Source: Pseudomonas phage inbricus
Sequence record: MG018928.1
DNA: 32,000 nucleotides
Reading direction: 5' to 3' (one strand)
In this document: one piece after another, positions 18,968 to 28,330 of the stretch
How the letters are laid out: the number at the start of each line of letters is the position of its first letter
Position numbering within the stretch: position 1 is the stretch's first letter
Made by a program: the position numbers and the translations under genes
Notes under the pieces: model-generated
Databases searched by the model: none
The model's input: the letters and a program-made list of their open reading frames with translations, nothing else
What the model was told of the DNA's origin: nothing

Positions 18968-18986
18968 GTTAGAGATAAATAGGAGA
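18968..18986 (+). promoter_or_regulatory. 19-bp repeat, copy 2
   Basis: GTTAGAGATAAATAGGAGA, identical to 17494-17512; start codon 6 nt downstream. Confidence 0.5.
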
Positions 18987-18992
18987 AAGGAA

Positions 18993-19202
18993 ATGGAAGT
19001 CGTAATCGCAGCCCTTCAGGGCAAGACGCCTGCTCACATCAAGGAAGACTACGTGCTGATCTCCAGCCGTGGAACCAAGGTGATGAGCTTCGACACTCCG
19101 GCCAAGGCTCGTGAGTGGCAGACCAAGCAGGTCGAGAAGCACGGTGCATCTGCACCTGTACTCAAGCTGCACAAGATCACAACCATCACTCAGGAGCTTT
19201 GA
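18993..19202 (+). CDS. hypothetical small protein
   Basis: 69 aa from MEVVIAALQGKTPAHIK..., stop adjacent to the RNAP subunit start. Confidence 0.6.
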   Translation: MEVVIAALQGKTPAHIKEDYVLISSRGTKVMSFDTPAKAREWQTKQVEKHGASAPVLKLHKITTITQEL

Positions 19203-19203
19203 C

Positions 19204-20028
19204 ATGAAAGCCACACTCGAACAACTGACCGAGCACCAGAACAAACTGGAAGTGCTGTTCAACTGCAACCAACTCATGGGCCGTATGCGCAAGGAGTTTG
19301 AAGAGTGCAAGTCGCCAGACTTCGTAGCGTTCTTCAAGCACCACGACTTCGATGTGAAGTTCGGCATCGACGCACTCATCCAGATCAACCTGCACAAGCG
19401 GGCTGACCTGCCGACCATGATTGGTACGCTACGTCATCACTGCTCCACTGCACAGGAGGTCGCTGACCGTCTGCTGTGGTTGACGATGCAGGACATCATG
19501 GACTGGGACCCAGCCCGTGAAATCTTCATCGTCAAGTTCGGCATCGGTGATGACGTGCAGCATGAGATCGACAGCTATCAGTACCCACTTCCGATGGTCA
19601 TTGAACCAAGGGAGTTGGAGAACAATCGCCAGTCGGGATACCTCATCGCACAAGGCAGTGTCATCCTCAAGAAGAACCACACTGAAGATGATGTGTGCCT
19701 CGACCACCTCAACCGTATGAACAAGGTTGCCTTGACCATCAACAAGGACACCGTTCGTATGGTGCAACTGAAGTGGAAGGGACTGGACAAGGTACAGGAC
19801 GGTGAGACACGAGAGGACTTTGAGAAGCGCAAGCGTGCCTTCGAGAAGTACAGCCGTACTGCCTATCAAGTCATGGACGTGTTGACCACATGTGGCAACA
19901 GGTTCTACATCACTCACAAGTACGACAAGCGTGGTCGTACCTACGCTCAAGGCTACCATGTGAACTATCAAGGCACACCTTGGAACAAGGCTGTCGTGGA
20001 GTTCGCTGACAAGGAGTTCATCGAATGA
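19204..20028 (+). CDS. RNA polymerase subunit 1, N4 RNAPII gp15-like (N-terminal part of T7-like RNAP)
   Basis: 274 aa from MKATLEQLTEHQNKLEV...; contains FYITHKYDKRGRTYAQGYHVNYQGTPWNKAVVEFADKE, resembling the T7-like pre-motif-A region (xxDxRGRxY). Confidence 0.85.
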   Translation: MKATLEQLTEHQNKLEVLFNCNQLMGRMRKEFEECKSPDFVAFFKHHDFDVKFGIDALIQINLHKRADLPTMIGTLRHHCSTAQEVADRLLWLTMQDIMDWDPAREIFIVKFGIGDDVQHEIDSYQYPLPMVIEPRELENNRQSGYLIAQGSVILKKNHTEDDVCLDHLNRMNKVALTINKDTVRMVQLKWKGLDKVQDGETREDFEKRKRAFEKYSRTAYQVMDVLTTCGNRFYITHKYDKRGRTYAQGYHVNYQGTPWNKAVVEFADKEFIE

Positions 20029-20384
20029 CTATCCATCAATGTCCGCATGGCAACTACGCTGCTGGTTGCCCTACCTGCATCAGTGAGTATGACTCTGCTG
20101 ATGCTGAAGTGATCCACTTGCACCAGTTCACCTACTGGCTGAACAAGAAGACTGGGGTAGTAACCCAGCTCTTGTCCAAGCCCAAGGGTGCATACGTGCA
20201 TCTGCATGAGCAGCATCCCATGTTGCTCAAGGTGTACGCTGCTTATTGCAGGCAGCATGGTGTGACTGGTGTGCCATTCAATGGTCACCACTACATCAAG
20301 ATGTTCAGTCGCTACTTCAACACCAGCAATGGTAATGAGGTGAAGGACTCGAACATCATTCAACTGGTGAACAGCAGAGGATGA
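20025..20384 (+). CDS. hypothetical protein inserted between the two RNAP genes
   Basis: 119-aa ORF with Cys/His-rich start (CPHGNYAAGCPTC). Confidence 0.6.
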   Translation: MTIHQCPHGNYAAGCPTCISEYDSADAEVIHLHQFTYWLNKKTGVVTQLLSKPKGAYVHLHEQHPMLLKVYAAYCRQHGVTGVPFNGHHYIKMFSRYFNTSNGNEVKDSNIIQLVNSRG

Positions 20385-20390
20385 GCACTC

Positions 20391-20669
20391 ATGTCCTGCA
20401 CATGCACCACCTATCGAGGACTCGCATGCACTGTGTGCTACGGCATGTACTACCACAGGAGTGTGATCCTCGACCATGCAAGGGACTACCTGCACCACAG
20501 ACGGGAGGCAGACCATGCCTTTAAGTCTGGTGACGGCGCAGGTAGTGTTACTCATGCAGCAGAGGCGCATCGTGCTCTGCTTGCTATTGTCCCATTGGGA
20601 CGCTTTCAGAACACGGACCAAGTGGTCCAGTTCATCCGAGTAGAGCAGAGTGCTGGCTCTATTGTTTAA
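20391..20669 (+). CDS. hypothetical Cys-rich small protein
   Basis: 92-aa ORF MSCTCTTYRGLACTVCYG...; weakly preceded by a possible alternative start. Confidence 0.45.
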   Translation: MSCTCTTYRGLACTVCYGMYYHRSVILDHARDYLHHRREADHAFKSGDGAGSVTHAAEAHRALLAIVPLGRFQNTDQVVQFIRVEQSAGSIV

Positions 20670-20701
20670 TCCCACATCTCAAGACGCTTAGGAGCAGAGA
20701 A

Positions 20702-21898
20702 ATGCAACACTTCACCGCACGCCAATACCTTCAGATCGACGTAGCAAACAACTTCGGTCTGGACAAAGAAGACTGGCTGGACCGCATCAAGTGGTTCGAG
20801 CAGAACGAGACTCAGCTTGAGTCCCTCATCGACGAGGCAGAAGAACCTGCCTTGTTCCACGCAGCAGTTATGGCCTACCGTGCCGTGGATGCTGGTCAAC
20901 CCATCGGTTATCCGGTGGCATTCGATGCAACAGCATCGGGCATGCAGATTCTGTCGTGCCTCACTGGCGACCGTCAGGCTGCTGAACTGTGCAACGTGAT
21001 AAACGTTGGCCGTCGCATGGACTCCTACACCGCCATCTATCTGGCGATGCTGGAAGTGCTGGGCGAAGGCGGCAAGATCGGCCGCAAGGACGTGAAGTCG
21101 GCTGTCATGACCAGCTTCTACGGCAGCGAAGCTATCCCGAAGCAGGTGTTCGGTGAAGGTGTGCTCTTGCGCATCTTCGAGAACGTCATGTCGGAGAAAG
21201 CACCAGCGGCATGGGAACTGAACCAGTTCTTCCTGTCCATCTGGAACCCGGATGCCATTGCGTATCATTGGGTGCTGCCGGACAACTTCCACGTCCATAC
21301 CAAGGTCATGATCAAGGAGGAAGAGACCGTTCACTTCCTCAACAAACCGTACCAGACCTTCCGTGAAGTTCAGGGAACCAAGGAGAAAGGACGCAGCCTG
21401 TCTGCGAACTCTGTCCACTCACTGGACGGCATGGTTGTTCGGGAAATGGTGCGTCGTTGCGACTACGACCAAGCCCGTGTCGCTCAGATTGAAGGCATGC
21501 TGCATCGTGGCCAGTCCCTGTGGACTGACGAGAAGCAGGACGCTCTGGTTGCCACCCTGTGGCAGCACTATCTGGATTCGGGCTACCTGTCCGCTCGCAT
21601 CCTTGACTGCATTGGCTCGGCCAACATCACCGACGAGATGATCGAACCGATCACCGAACTGGTGGAGTCCCTGCCTGCCAAGCCGTTCAAGGTGCTGACT
21701 GTGCATGACTGCTTCCGCTGCCTGCCCAACTATGTTGGCGACCTACGCTTGCAGTACAACCGTCAGCTCATGCTGATCGCACGTTCCAACATGCTGTCGT
21801 TCATCCTGTCCCAGATCATGGGCAAGCAGGTGAACATCGGCAAGCTGGACGCCGACATGTGGAAGGAGATCATGGACTCGGACTACGCATTGAGTTGA
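20702..21898 (+). CDS. RNA polymerase subunit 2, N4 RNAPII gp16-like (catalytic part of T7-like RNAP)
   Basis: 398 aa with motif A YPVAFDATASGMQILSC, motif B GRKDVKSAVMTSFYGS, motif C VHDCF. Confidence 0.92.
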   Translation: MQHFTARQYLQIDVANNFGLDKEDWLDRIKWFEQNETQLESLIDEAEEPALFHAAVMAYRAVDAGQPIGYPVAFDATASGMQILSCLTGDRQAAELCNVINVGRRMDSYTAIYLAMLEVLGEGGKIGRKDVKSAVMTSFYGSEAIPKQVFGEGVLLRIFENVMSEKAPAAWELNQFFLSIWNPDAIAYHWVLPDNFHVHTKVMIKEEETVHFLNKPYQTFREVQGTKEKGRSLSANSVHSLDGMVVREMVRRCDYDQARVAQIEGMLHRGQSLWTDEKQDALVATLWQHYLDSGYLSARILDCIGSANITDEMIEPITELVESLPAKPFKVLTVHDCFRCLPNYVGDLRLQYNRQLMLIARSNMLSFILSQIMGKQVNIGKLDADMWKEIMDSDYALS

Positions 21899-21953
21899 TA
21901 ACCGGCAGAGACCTCTCGGGGTCTCTGCCTCTTCTTGGAACGAGGATAGGTAC

Positions 21954-22235
21954 ATGAAACCTGAATCACTTGCTCGACAAGTATTACGGCGTACCGTACC
22001 GGGACTCGCCAAGAGCATCTACGCCAACCAGTTGATGACATCGAGGCGGGCTGGTCGGCCACTGCCAACCTACACTGCTGAACAACTGCACGACTGGCTG
22101 GTGGCCCAGCCTGTCTTCACCTCGCTGTACGCAGCGTGGATAGCTTCTGGCTACGACAAGGAGCTTTCTCCCTCAGTGGATCAGTTACGCAACCACGAGG
22201 GCTACAGCCTCGGCAACATCCAATTGGTGACGTGA
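21954..22235 (+). CDS. small HNH/homing-endonuclease-related protein, possibly reduced
   Basis: 93 aa ending SPSVDQLRNHEGYSLGNIQLVT, like the C-terminal part of phage HNH domains. Confidence 0.45.
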   Translation: MKPESLARQVLRRTVPGLAKSIYANQLMTSRRAGRPLPTYTAEQLHDWLVAQPVFTSLYAAWIASGYDKELSPSVDQLRNHEGYSLGNIQLVT

Positions 22236-22336
22236 GCCTGTTCGGTCTGTCCGAGATCAGTCCTATCCCGGTAAATCCGTAACGAGTAAAATAGGAAAGG
22301 GGCATGTGCCCCTTTCCCTGATCAGGAGATCACACC

Positions 22337-22828
22337 ATGAAGTACACCGTTCTCTGGAACAAAACCACTCGTGAACTGCGAGTGGCTGCTGCCGATGCTA
22401 CTGCTGCTGGCTTCACCAAGCTGGGTGACATCAACCACCCGGATGCTACCGATCCGCTTGGTCCGCAGGTGAGCCATGTGCTATACCAGCACGCTCAAGA
22501 CCTGCTGTACAAGTCGGGCGAAGAAGACATGCAGCGCCTCAAGCTGACGTGGCCGGGCAAGGTAGTTGCCCAGTTCATCTCGACGGACCCGTCGAAGGAA
22601 CAGAAGATTCTTGGTAAGCCTCGTGCTACCAAGCAGATCATCATCTTCAGCTTCCCTGAAGAGATCAGCGACCGTCGTGGCACCTACAAGTCCACGAACG
22701 AGAAGGTGGCCAAAGTCAGCTCGACCGGTCTGGTCACTCTGATCGGTCCGGGCAAGTGCGACATCATCGTCAACCTGCTGAACGACTCGGTGGTGGACTA
22801 CATCATCCCGGTTGAAGTCACCGTGTAA
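22337..22828 (+). CDS. early-region protein with C-terminal bacterial Ig-like (BID_2-type) domain
   Basis: 163 aa; YKSTNEKVAKVSSTGLVTLIGPGKCDIIV is a classic BIG2-like strand pattern. Confidence 0.65.
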   Translation: MKYTVLWNKTTRELRVAAADATAAGFTKLGDINHPDATDPLGPQVSHVLYQHAQDLLYKSGEEDMQRLKLTWPGKVVAQFISTDPSKEQKILGKPRATKQIIIFSFPEEISDRRGTYKSTNEKVAKVSSTGLVTLIGPGKCDIIVNLLNDSVVDYIIPVEVTV

Positions 22829-22866
22829 GACTTTTTGTGGGGAGAAATCCCGTTCATCAACCTTTC

Positions 22867-22893
22867 AAGGCCCGCCACTGAGCGGGCCTTTCC
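22867..22893 (+). terminator. terminator-like hairpin
   Basis: AAGGCCCGC-CACTGA-GCGGGCCTT followed by TTCC. Confidence 0.65.
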
Positions 22894-22912
22894 GTATCTG
22901 GAGAGAGCAACC

Positions 22913-23710
22913 ATGTCCAAGAAAAACCATCCGCGTATCGGTTACGAAGTCACCCTGTCGCCGTCCGTCCAGAACAAGCTGCTGCTTGGTGCTCTGGGTA
23001 CGGTCGGCGTGATGGAGAGCTACGCTCGTCCGCACATCCTCCGCATGTCGGCGCACCAGTTCAGCAAGTTCATCATCGCTGCCCAGAAGGATGGCGTATC
23101 GCTGGCCCAACTCAAGGCAGTCGAGATCGACTACAACGCCCTGCCCATCGTCACCGTGGTGCGTGGCAGCGGCAGCTACCATCAGGAAGGCAATGAGCCT
23201 GTCGCTGGTGAAGCTGTGTCCAGCGCCAGCACTCCGCTGCCGGAAATCGACGCTTCGCTGCTGAACCAAGTGGGTGAAGCAGTGGGCGAGATGGCCGCCG
23301 AGTTCAAGCATGACGACAAGCTGGATGCTCTGGGCTTCGTGCCCGATGGTCTGAAGCGTCTGCTGGCTGACATCGGCATCGACCCGGCCAAAGTGCAGGT
23401 CATCGACATGTCGTCGGCCACCAGCGATCAGGTGGACCACATGGTCGGTATGTCGCTGGAAGGCTTCAGCAAAGAAGCAGACAAGTTGACGGACCGCATC
23501 CGTCGCAACATGGACATCGTGGCCAACACCTTCTACGAAACCCGCATTCCGATGCGTGGTGTCGATGTGCTGGATCACGTCCGTGGACACGGCGGTGCTC
23601 CGTGTGGTCTGGTTCGCCAGAAGGAAGCCTTCCGTGACGCTCCGTATCCGCTGGTCTGGGAACAAGCCAACAGCCTGCTGGAACGTCTGATGATGGAGTC
23701 GGGCCAATGA
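22913..23710 (+). CDS. conserved hypothetical protein
   Basis: 265 aa from MSKKNHPRIGYEV; the track's earlier start overlaps the terminator hairpin. Confidence 0.7.
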   Translation: MSKKNHPRIGYEVTLSPSVQNKLLLGALGTVGVMESYARPHILRMSAHQFSKFIIAAQKDGVSLAQLKAVEIDYNALPIVTVVRGSGSYHQEGNEPVAGEAVSSASTPLPEIDASLLNQVGEAVGEMAAEFKHDDKLDALGFVPDGLKRLLADIGIDPAKVQVIDMSSATSDQVDHMVGMSLEGFSKEADKLTDRIRRNMDIVANTFYETRIPMRGVDVLDHVRGHGGAPCGLVRQKEAFRDAPYPLVWEQANSLLERLMMESGQ

Positions 23711-24099
23711 GCACGACCGTCCTCAGCAAAGGCTGGGTAGCACCTCTGCTGCAAACCATCGACGATGGCAAGCAGCGTGAGGAAATCAGCGAACGTCTGC
23801 ATGACGAAGGCAAGCATCTGGAGCTGAACTACGAAGGCTCCTTGATCATGGTGGATACCATGCGTGCCAAGTCGTACAGCGAGCGTGAAAGCGCCGCCTA
23901 TGACCTGACCATCATCGGTCGTGGTCAGCAAGACATGACTCGCCAAGAGTTCATCGAAACCTGCCGTAGTGCTGGCTTTGATGTGGTGGAAGACAAAGTG
24001 CTTCCCTACACCTGCGTCTGGTACAACGGCAGCGACTCGCCCATGAGCATGCTGGAAATGCATGAGTTCATGGCCATCTGGGAGCTGGAACAGCAATGA
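23707..24099 (+). CDS. hypothetical protein
   Basis: 130-aa ORF, ATGA-type overlap with neighbours. Confidence 0.65.
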   Translation: MSTTVLSKGWVAPLLQTIDDGKQREEISERLHDEGKHLELNYEGSLIMVDTMRAKSYSERESAAYDLTIIGRGQQDMTRQEFIETCRSAGFDVVEDKVLPYTCVWYNGSDSPMSMLEMHEFMAIWELEQQ

Positions 24100-24437
24100 T
24101 AGATCGTCGCCAAACCATCATCGAAAAGATCGAGAGCCGGTGCTCCATTGAGGACACCGGGCACATGATCGACGGCAAGCCGAGTCCTTGTCATCTCTGG
24201 ACTGGCCCAACGTCCGGTGATGGCAGAGGCGGCGGCTATGGCCGAATGAGTTTGAACAGTCACACCGTGGCTGTTCATCTCGTCACCTACACCCACTACT
24301 ACGGGTACATCCCCGGCAACAAGCAGGTGGATCACCTGTGCAACCAACGCCTGTGCTGCAATCCGCAGCATCTGGAACTTGTCACCCATCTGAAAAATCA
24401 GCGACGGCGAGCAGCCCGAGCCAAGGAGAAAACATGA
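24096..24437 (+). CDS. HNH endonuclease
   Basis: 113 aa: VDHLCNQRLCCNPQHLELVTHLKNQRR. Confidence 0.85.
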   Translation: MIDRRQTIIEKIESRCSIEDTGHMIDGKPSPCHLWTGPTSGDGRGGGYGRMSLNSHTVAVHLVTYTHYYGYIPGNKQVDHLCNQRLCCNPQHLELVTHLKNQRRRAARAKEKT

Positions 24438-24781
24438 GCAACGGTTCCGATTCCCGCAGTCCGATCACGGACGCACTGGAAACCCTCGGCATGATCCACT
24501 TCACGGATCATGGCCGTGACGCAATCCATCTGGCTGTCGAGCAGGTTACTGCTGCATCGGCCAGTCTGGCTCCCGGTGATCGCATCGGCATCATCGACGG
24601 CCATGCCTACCGGGCTGGCATCGAATGGGATGGCAAGAAGGTGCCGTATCACGGCATCGTCGATCCGTTCCTGCAACGTGGTCCGGTGGTTGGCGAACGC
24701 TTCTGGTTCGTCATGCGTCCCCGTGAAGTGCGCTCCCTGCGTCACGTCTGGGAACATCCTGACTTCCCGGAGGGCAAGTAA
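24434..24781 (+). CDS. hypothetical protein
   Basis: 115 aa from MSNGSDSRSPITDALETL. Confidence 0.6.
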   Translation: MSNGSDSRSPITDALETLGMIHFTDHGRDAIHLAVEQVTAASASLAPGDRIGIIDGHAYRAGIEWDGKKVPYHGIVDPFLQRGPVVGERFWFVMRPREVRSLRHVWEHPDFPEGK

Positions 24782-25101
24782 TGTCCCTCTTCACTTACCC
24801 CGAAGAAGAGCACAACTCTCGTGTCATGTGTGGCGATCCCGTCGCACTGGCCTATGAGTGGCTCAAGCAGTACGCCGAAGAAGTGAACAACGATGCAGGT
24901 GACGAAGGTGAAGTCACCCTCGAAGACCTGCTGGAAGCAGCCGACTCCCATCAGGGTGATGGTTGGGGCGACTACATCGTGCGTGGTGGTGCATTTGAAG
25001 GCTACTCCCTGAACCCCATGTTCTGGGACAAGTACGCCATCTTCAAGGGCATCGACCGCAGCGAGATCAGCGAAGCCCCCTTCTTCTCGTGTTCGTGCTG
25101 A
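24781..25101 (+). CDS. hypothetical protein
   Basis: 106-aa ORF in an overlapping operon. Confidence 0.6.
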   Translation: MSLFTYPEEEHNSRVMCGDPVALAYEWLKQYAEEVNNDAGDEGEVTLEDLLEAADSHQGDGWGDYIVRGGAFEGYSLNPMFWDKYAIFKGIDRSEISEAPFFSCSC

Positions 25102-25102
25102 T

Positions 25103-25393
25103 ATGAACACGATCCCGCCTATGGAAAACAGAGGCTGGGACCAACCTGATAGCGCCGACATCCTCATCAGTGATAACGGTGCTGTCATGCCCCAGCACGT
25201 CTTTGACCAACTCAAGGAGTATTCGTCTTCGTTTCCCTCCGGGGTCTACCCCGGCAAGATGTGGCGTGCCCACATTGGCGATAGGCACTACCTACGTTGG
25301 TATGGAGTCGTGCCGGGAGATGACAGCGTGTGTTCCAACAACCAACGTGAGATCAGCATCCTCGACTGGAGGGAACTGACAGGAGCCAAGTGA
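25103..25393 (+). CDS. hypothetical protein
   Basis: 96-aa ORF, overlaps the next gene. Confidence 0.55.
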   Translation: MNTIPPMENRGWDQPDSADILISDNGAVMPQHVFDQLKEYSSSFPSGVYPGKMWRAHIGDRHYLRWYGVVPGDDSVCSNNQREISILDWRELTGAK

Positions 25394-25695
25394 TGATTCA
25401 AATCTCGAATAAGTACAAGATCACCCCTGCAAAGGGTGATGTCTACATCGGTCGGGGCAGTCCTCTGGGCAACCCCTATGTGATCGGCAAGCACGGCAAC
25501 CGTGTTGAAGTGATCCTCAAGTACGCCGAGTGGATCAAGCAGCAGATTCTGGAGGACAACCGAGAGGTCTGCGAAGCCCTCAACGAGATTCTCGAACGTC
25601 ACCGCTCCGGCGACTCGGTTCGCTTGGTGTGCTTTTGCGCACCTCAGAAATGTCACGGTGAAGTCATCCGTGACCTCATCCACATGAAGGGCTGA
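25390..25695 (+). CDS. DUF4326-like protein
   Basis: 101 aa: VYIGRGSPLGNPYVIGKHGNR...VRLVCFCAPQKCHGEVI. Confidence 0.85.
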   Translation: MMIQISNKYKITPAKGDVYIGRGSPLGNPYVIGKHGNRVEVILKYAEWIKQQILEDNREVCEALNEILERHRSGDSVRLVCFCAPQKCHGEVIRDLIHMKG

Positions 25696-25698
25696 ACC

Positions 25699-25896
25699 AT
25701 GAAATACAAACTGCGTGCTGATGCTCACGGGTATCCGGCAGAGACCGTCGTGTACGACCTGAAGTACCACGACTATGGCCTCGCCAGTGACGACACTCGC
25801 TACACGGGTGTTGAACACAAGAGCATGACGCTGGACCCGGATGGCAACTATCCGTCGTTCACCGTTCCTGTCCACAACCTGATCCCTCTGGAGTGA
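25699..25896 (+). CDS. hypothetical small protein
   Basis: 65-aa ORF, tight operon spacing. Confidence 0.5.
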   Translation: MKYKLRADAHGYPAETVVYDLKYHDYGLASDDTRYTGVEHKSMTLDPDGNYPSFTVPVHNLIPLE

Positions 25897-25899
25897 ACC

Positions 25900-26217
25900 A
25901 TGAAGGTCTATGCCCCAGAGCAACGCATGACAGCATCCAATGCGTGGGGGCATGACCATCGTGTCACCCATCAAGTGCTGATCGTAGAGGAAAGTGATGT
26001 CGGCACTGCTCGACCTCACTACCTCGGCTACAACCACAAAACCCACGTCTTCACCAAGACTGACGTGGGCTGTGCCATCGTCGTCTATCGAGACGGAACG
26101 GGCTGGACCAACTGGGTCTTTGCCCTCAACTGGGAGAGCAAAGATGCCGACCGTGAGAACCCTGATCGCCCGAACCAACGGGCAGATCGAACTGGTGAAC
26201 CTCATCAAGCGGAATGA
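25900..26217 (+). CDS. hypothetical protein
   Basis: 105-aa ORF, tight operon spacing. Confidence 0.55.
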   Translation: MKVYAPEQRMTASNAWGHDHRVTHQVLIVEESDVGTARPHYLGYNHKTHVFTKTDVGCAIVVYRDGTGWTNWVFALNWESKDADRENPDRPNQRADRTGEPHQAE

Positions 26218-26353
26218 CGATCACATCGTCATCCGTGGTGTGGACGCCAAGCGTAGCTGGAAGCTGTTCCACAACAACCCGAAGTGCAAGGAGTTCCACG
26301 ACACGGACTCCGCCATTCAATGGATAACAGAGAGCCGGAAAAATGCTGCCTGA
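26195..26353 (+). CDS. hypothetical small protein
   Basis: GTG-start, 52 aa: VNLIKRNDDHIVIRGVDAKRSWKLFHNNPKCKEFHDTDSAIQWITESRKNAA. Confidence 0.4.
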   Translation: MNLIKRNDDHIVIRGVDAKRSWKLFHNNPKCKEFHDTDSAIQWITESRKNAA

Positions 26354-26681
26354 TGACGCAATCAAAGTGGTACTGGAATTGGCCCGCCAAAATCTCGCAC
26401 CTGACGACATGCCCGAAGAGCAGCGTCGTCAACTTGCTGCAATCGAGAGCGTGGAACGGAATCTGGTTTCATTCGATGCTCACGTTGCTTTCCAAGCCCG
26501 CTTGGTTGGCACTTACGAAGTCACTCGTGCAGTGCTCCGTAATGCCTACGACACGGTGCAGGAGTTCCGCAAAACAGGCAACACTGGCGCTGTGATCTAC
26601 AGCGACTACGGCTACCTCTACACGGCTGTGGTCCAGATGGGTGCAAGTCACCCGCTGCGAGCCGCTGATGTACACCATTAG
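26343..26681 (+). CDS. hypothetical protein
   Basis: 112-aa ORF. Confidence 0.6.
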   Translation: MLPDDAIKVVLELARQNLAPDDMPEEQRRQLAAIESVERNLVSFDAHVAFQARLVGTYEVTRAVLRNAYDTVQEFRKTGNTGAVIYSDYGYLYTAVVQMGASHPLRAADVHH

Positions 26682-26789
26682 AGTTTGGGATGGGTTCTCC
26701 ACTCGGGAGATACCTATGGAGGGCACCTACGATCAGGTGTCCTCAATCTGTCACTCCCGGTTTCCACCGGGCTACATCTGGAGCATTCA

Positions 26790-27005
26790 GTGAGCCGACT
26801 CTATGAAGACTCAGCCGATCTTCGGCTATTCCGTAGGCTGAAAGCCCAAGGACTATCCACGAAGGACGCTGCCGAGTCTGTGGAGATGGTCACTGGAGCC
26901 AAGATCAACAATCCCCGGTCGCAATATCACTTCAGTGATGACTGGGGCCACGAGAGTTCGTCGAAGCACGAGCTTCCCCACTACCACGGCAATCGCCGGT
27001 TCTGA
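26790..27005 (+). CDS. hypothetical small protein
   Basis: 71 aa from GTG (VSRLYEDSADLRLFRRLKAQGLSTKDAAESVEMVTG...); ORF extends upstream to 26685. Confidence 0.45.
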   Translation: MSRLYEDSADLRLFRRLKAQGLSTKDAAESVEMVTGAKINNPRSQYHFSDDWGHESSSKHELPHYHGNRRF

Positions 27006-27015
27006 GAGGTCAGAA

Positions 27016-28056
27016 ATGTCAGTTGAATCGTTTACCACTGCCACGCCTCGGCAGACCAAGAAGCTCGTCGAGCGTGTTGTGGCCGCAGGCCGCGTTCCGA
27101 TGATCACTTCGTCTCCGGGCATGGGCAAATCCGCCATCGTCAAGAAGGTGGCTGAAGACTTCGGGTTGATCCTGATCGACCATCGCCTATCCACTTCCGC
27201 ACCAGAAGACCTGACCGGCCTGCCCCGCTTCCGTGCAGATGGCCGTGCAGAGTTTGCACCGTTCGGGGACTTGTTCCCACTGGAAGGTGACGACATCCCG
27301 GAAGGCTATAACGGCTGGCTGCTGTTCTTGGACGAGCTGCCTTCGGCACCGAAGTCCGTGCAGGCTGCTGCATACAAGCTGATCCTTGACCGCATGGTCG
27401 GTCAGCACAAGCTGCATCCGAATGTCTGGATCGTCGGTGCCGGTAATAAGGCAACCGACCGTGCCATCGTGAATCCGCTGGGTACTGCCATGCAGTCCCG
27501 TCTGGTTCACATCGAGATGGCTGTGGACTTCGAGCAGTGGCTGCAAGACGTTGCCCTGCCCCAGAAGTGGGACCAGCGTGTCATCGCCTATCTGTCGATG
27601 CACAACAGCAAGCTGCTGGACTTCGACCCTGAGCATCAGGATCGCACGTTCTGCTGCCCACGCACTTGGGAGTTCACTTCCGACCTGATCCAAGGCCGGG
27701 AACTGGATGACGACGACAGCATCCTGCTGGCAGGCACCATCACCAGCGGTGAGGCGATCAGCTTCGTACAGTTCACCAAGGTGTACAAGAACTTGCCCAA
27801 GTTCAACGACATCATGAACAACCCGGAAGGTGCTCAAGTACCGTCCGATCCGGCCACTCGCTGGGCGCTCACCATGAGCCTCGTCGAGAAGACGGACAAG
27901 ACGAACTTCGACACTGTGGGCACGTACATGGACCGTATGGACATGGCTGCTCGTGTGCTGTTCTTCCGTGCTCTTCTGGCTCAGAAGCCCGAAATGCGTG
28001 AGCACGACCGCTTCGCCAAGTCGATGGTTGCCCTGAGCCGTTACCTAAATGGCTAA
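27016..28056 (+). CDS. MoxR-like AAA+ ATPase (N4 gp24-like)
   Basis: 346 aa from MSVESFTTATPRQTKK; SSPGMGKSAIVKKV Walker A, WLLFLDELPSA Walker B. Confidence 0.85.
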   Translation: MSVESFTTATPRQTKKLVERVVAAGRVPMITSSPGMGKSAIVKKVAEDFGLILIDHRLSTSAPEDLTGLPRFRADGRAEFAPFGDLFPLEGDDIPEGYNGWLLFLDELPSAPKSVQAAAYKLILDRMVGQHKLHPNVWIVGAGNKATDRAIVNPLGTAMQSRLVHIEMAVDFEQWLQDVALPQKWDQRVIAYLSMHNSKLLDFDPEHQDRTFCCPRTWEFTSDLIQGRELDDDDSILLAGTITSGEAISFVQFTKVYKNLPKFNDIMNNPEGAQVPSDPATRWALTMSLVEKTDKTNFDTVGTYMDRMDMAARVLFFRALLAQKPEMREHDRFAKSMVALSRYLNG

Positions 28057-28327
28057 AGCAGTCAACAAGCAACGCCTCAAGCCTCTGGTCAGCTACAACG
28101 TGCATGACGAAGACCCCAAGGTCTACGCCTTCGCACCGCCGAAAGGCATGTGGCTGGTCAAGATGTACGCTACCAACGACATCGAACGCATCGAAGTCGA
28201 GATGGAAGTGTTCGTCAAGTGCGAACTGGCGCTGCTGCGTGAGCTACAGCTCAAGGAGTTCACCGAGATCATCGGTGAGCTGTCTCCTGTAACCGATGCT
28301 CAATTCACCATCTATCAGAAGGTATGA
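28049..28327 (+). CDS. hypothetical protein between the AAA+ and VWA genes
   Basis: 92-aa ORF overlapping the AAA+ gene end. Confidence 0.6.
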   Translation: MAKAVNKQRLKPLVSYNVHDEDPKVYAFAPPKGMWLVKMYATNDIERIEVEMEVFVKCELALLRELQLKEFTEIIGELSPVTDAQFTIYQKV

Positions 28328-28330
28328 ACC

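Noticed and set aside
27187-28005. 272-aa minus-strand ORF in the AAA+ ATPase gene
   Set aside because: Antisense to a gene with clear Walker motifs.
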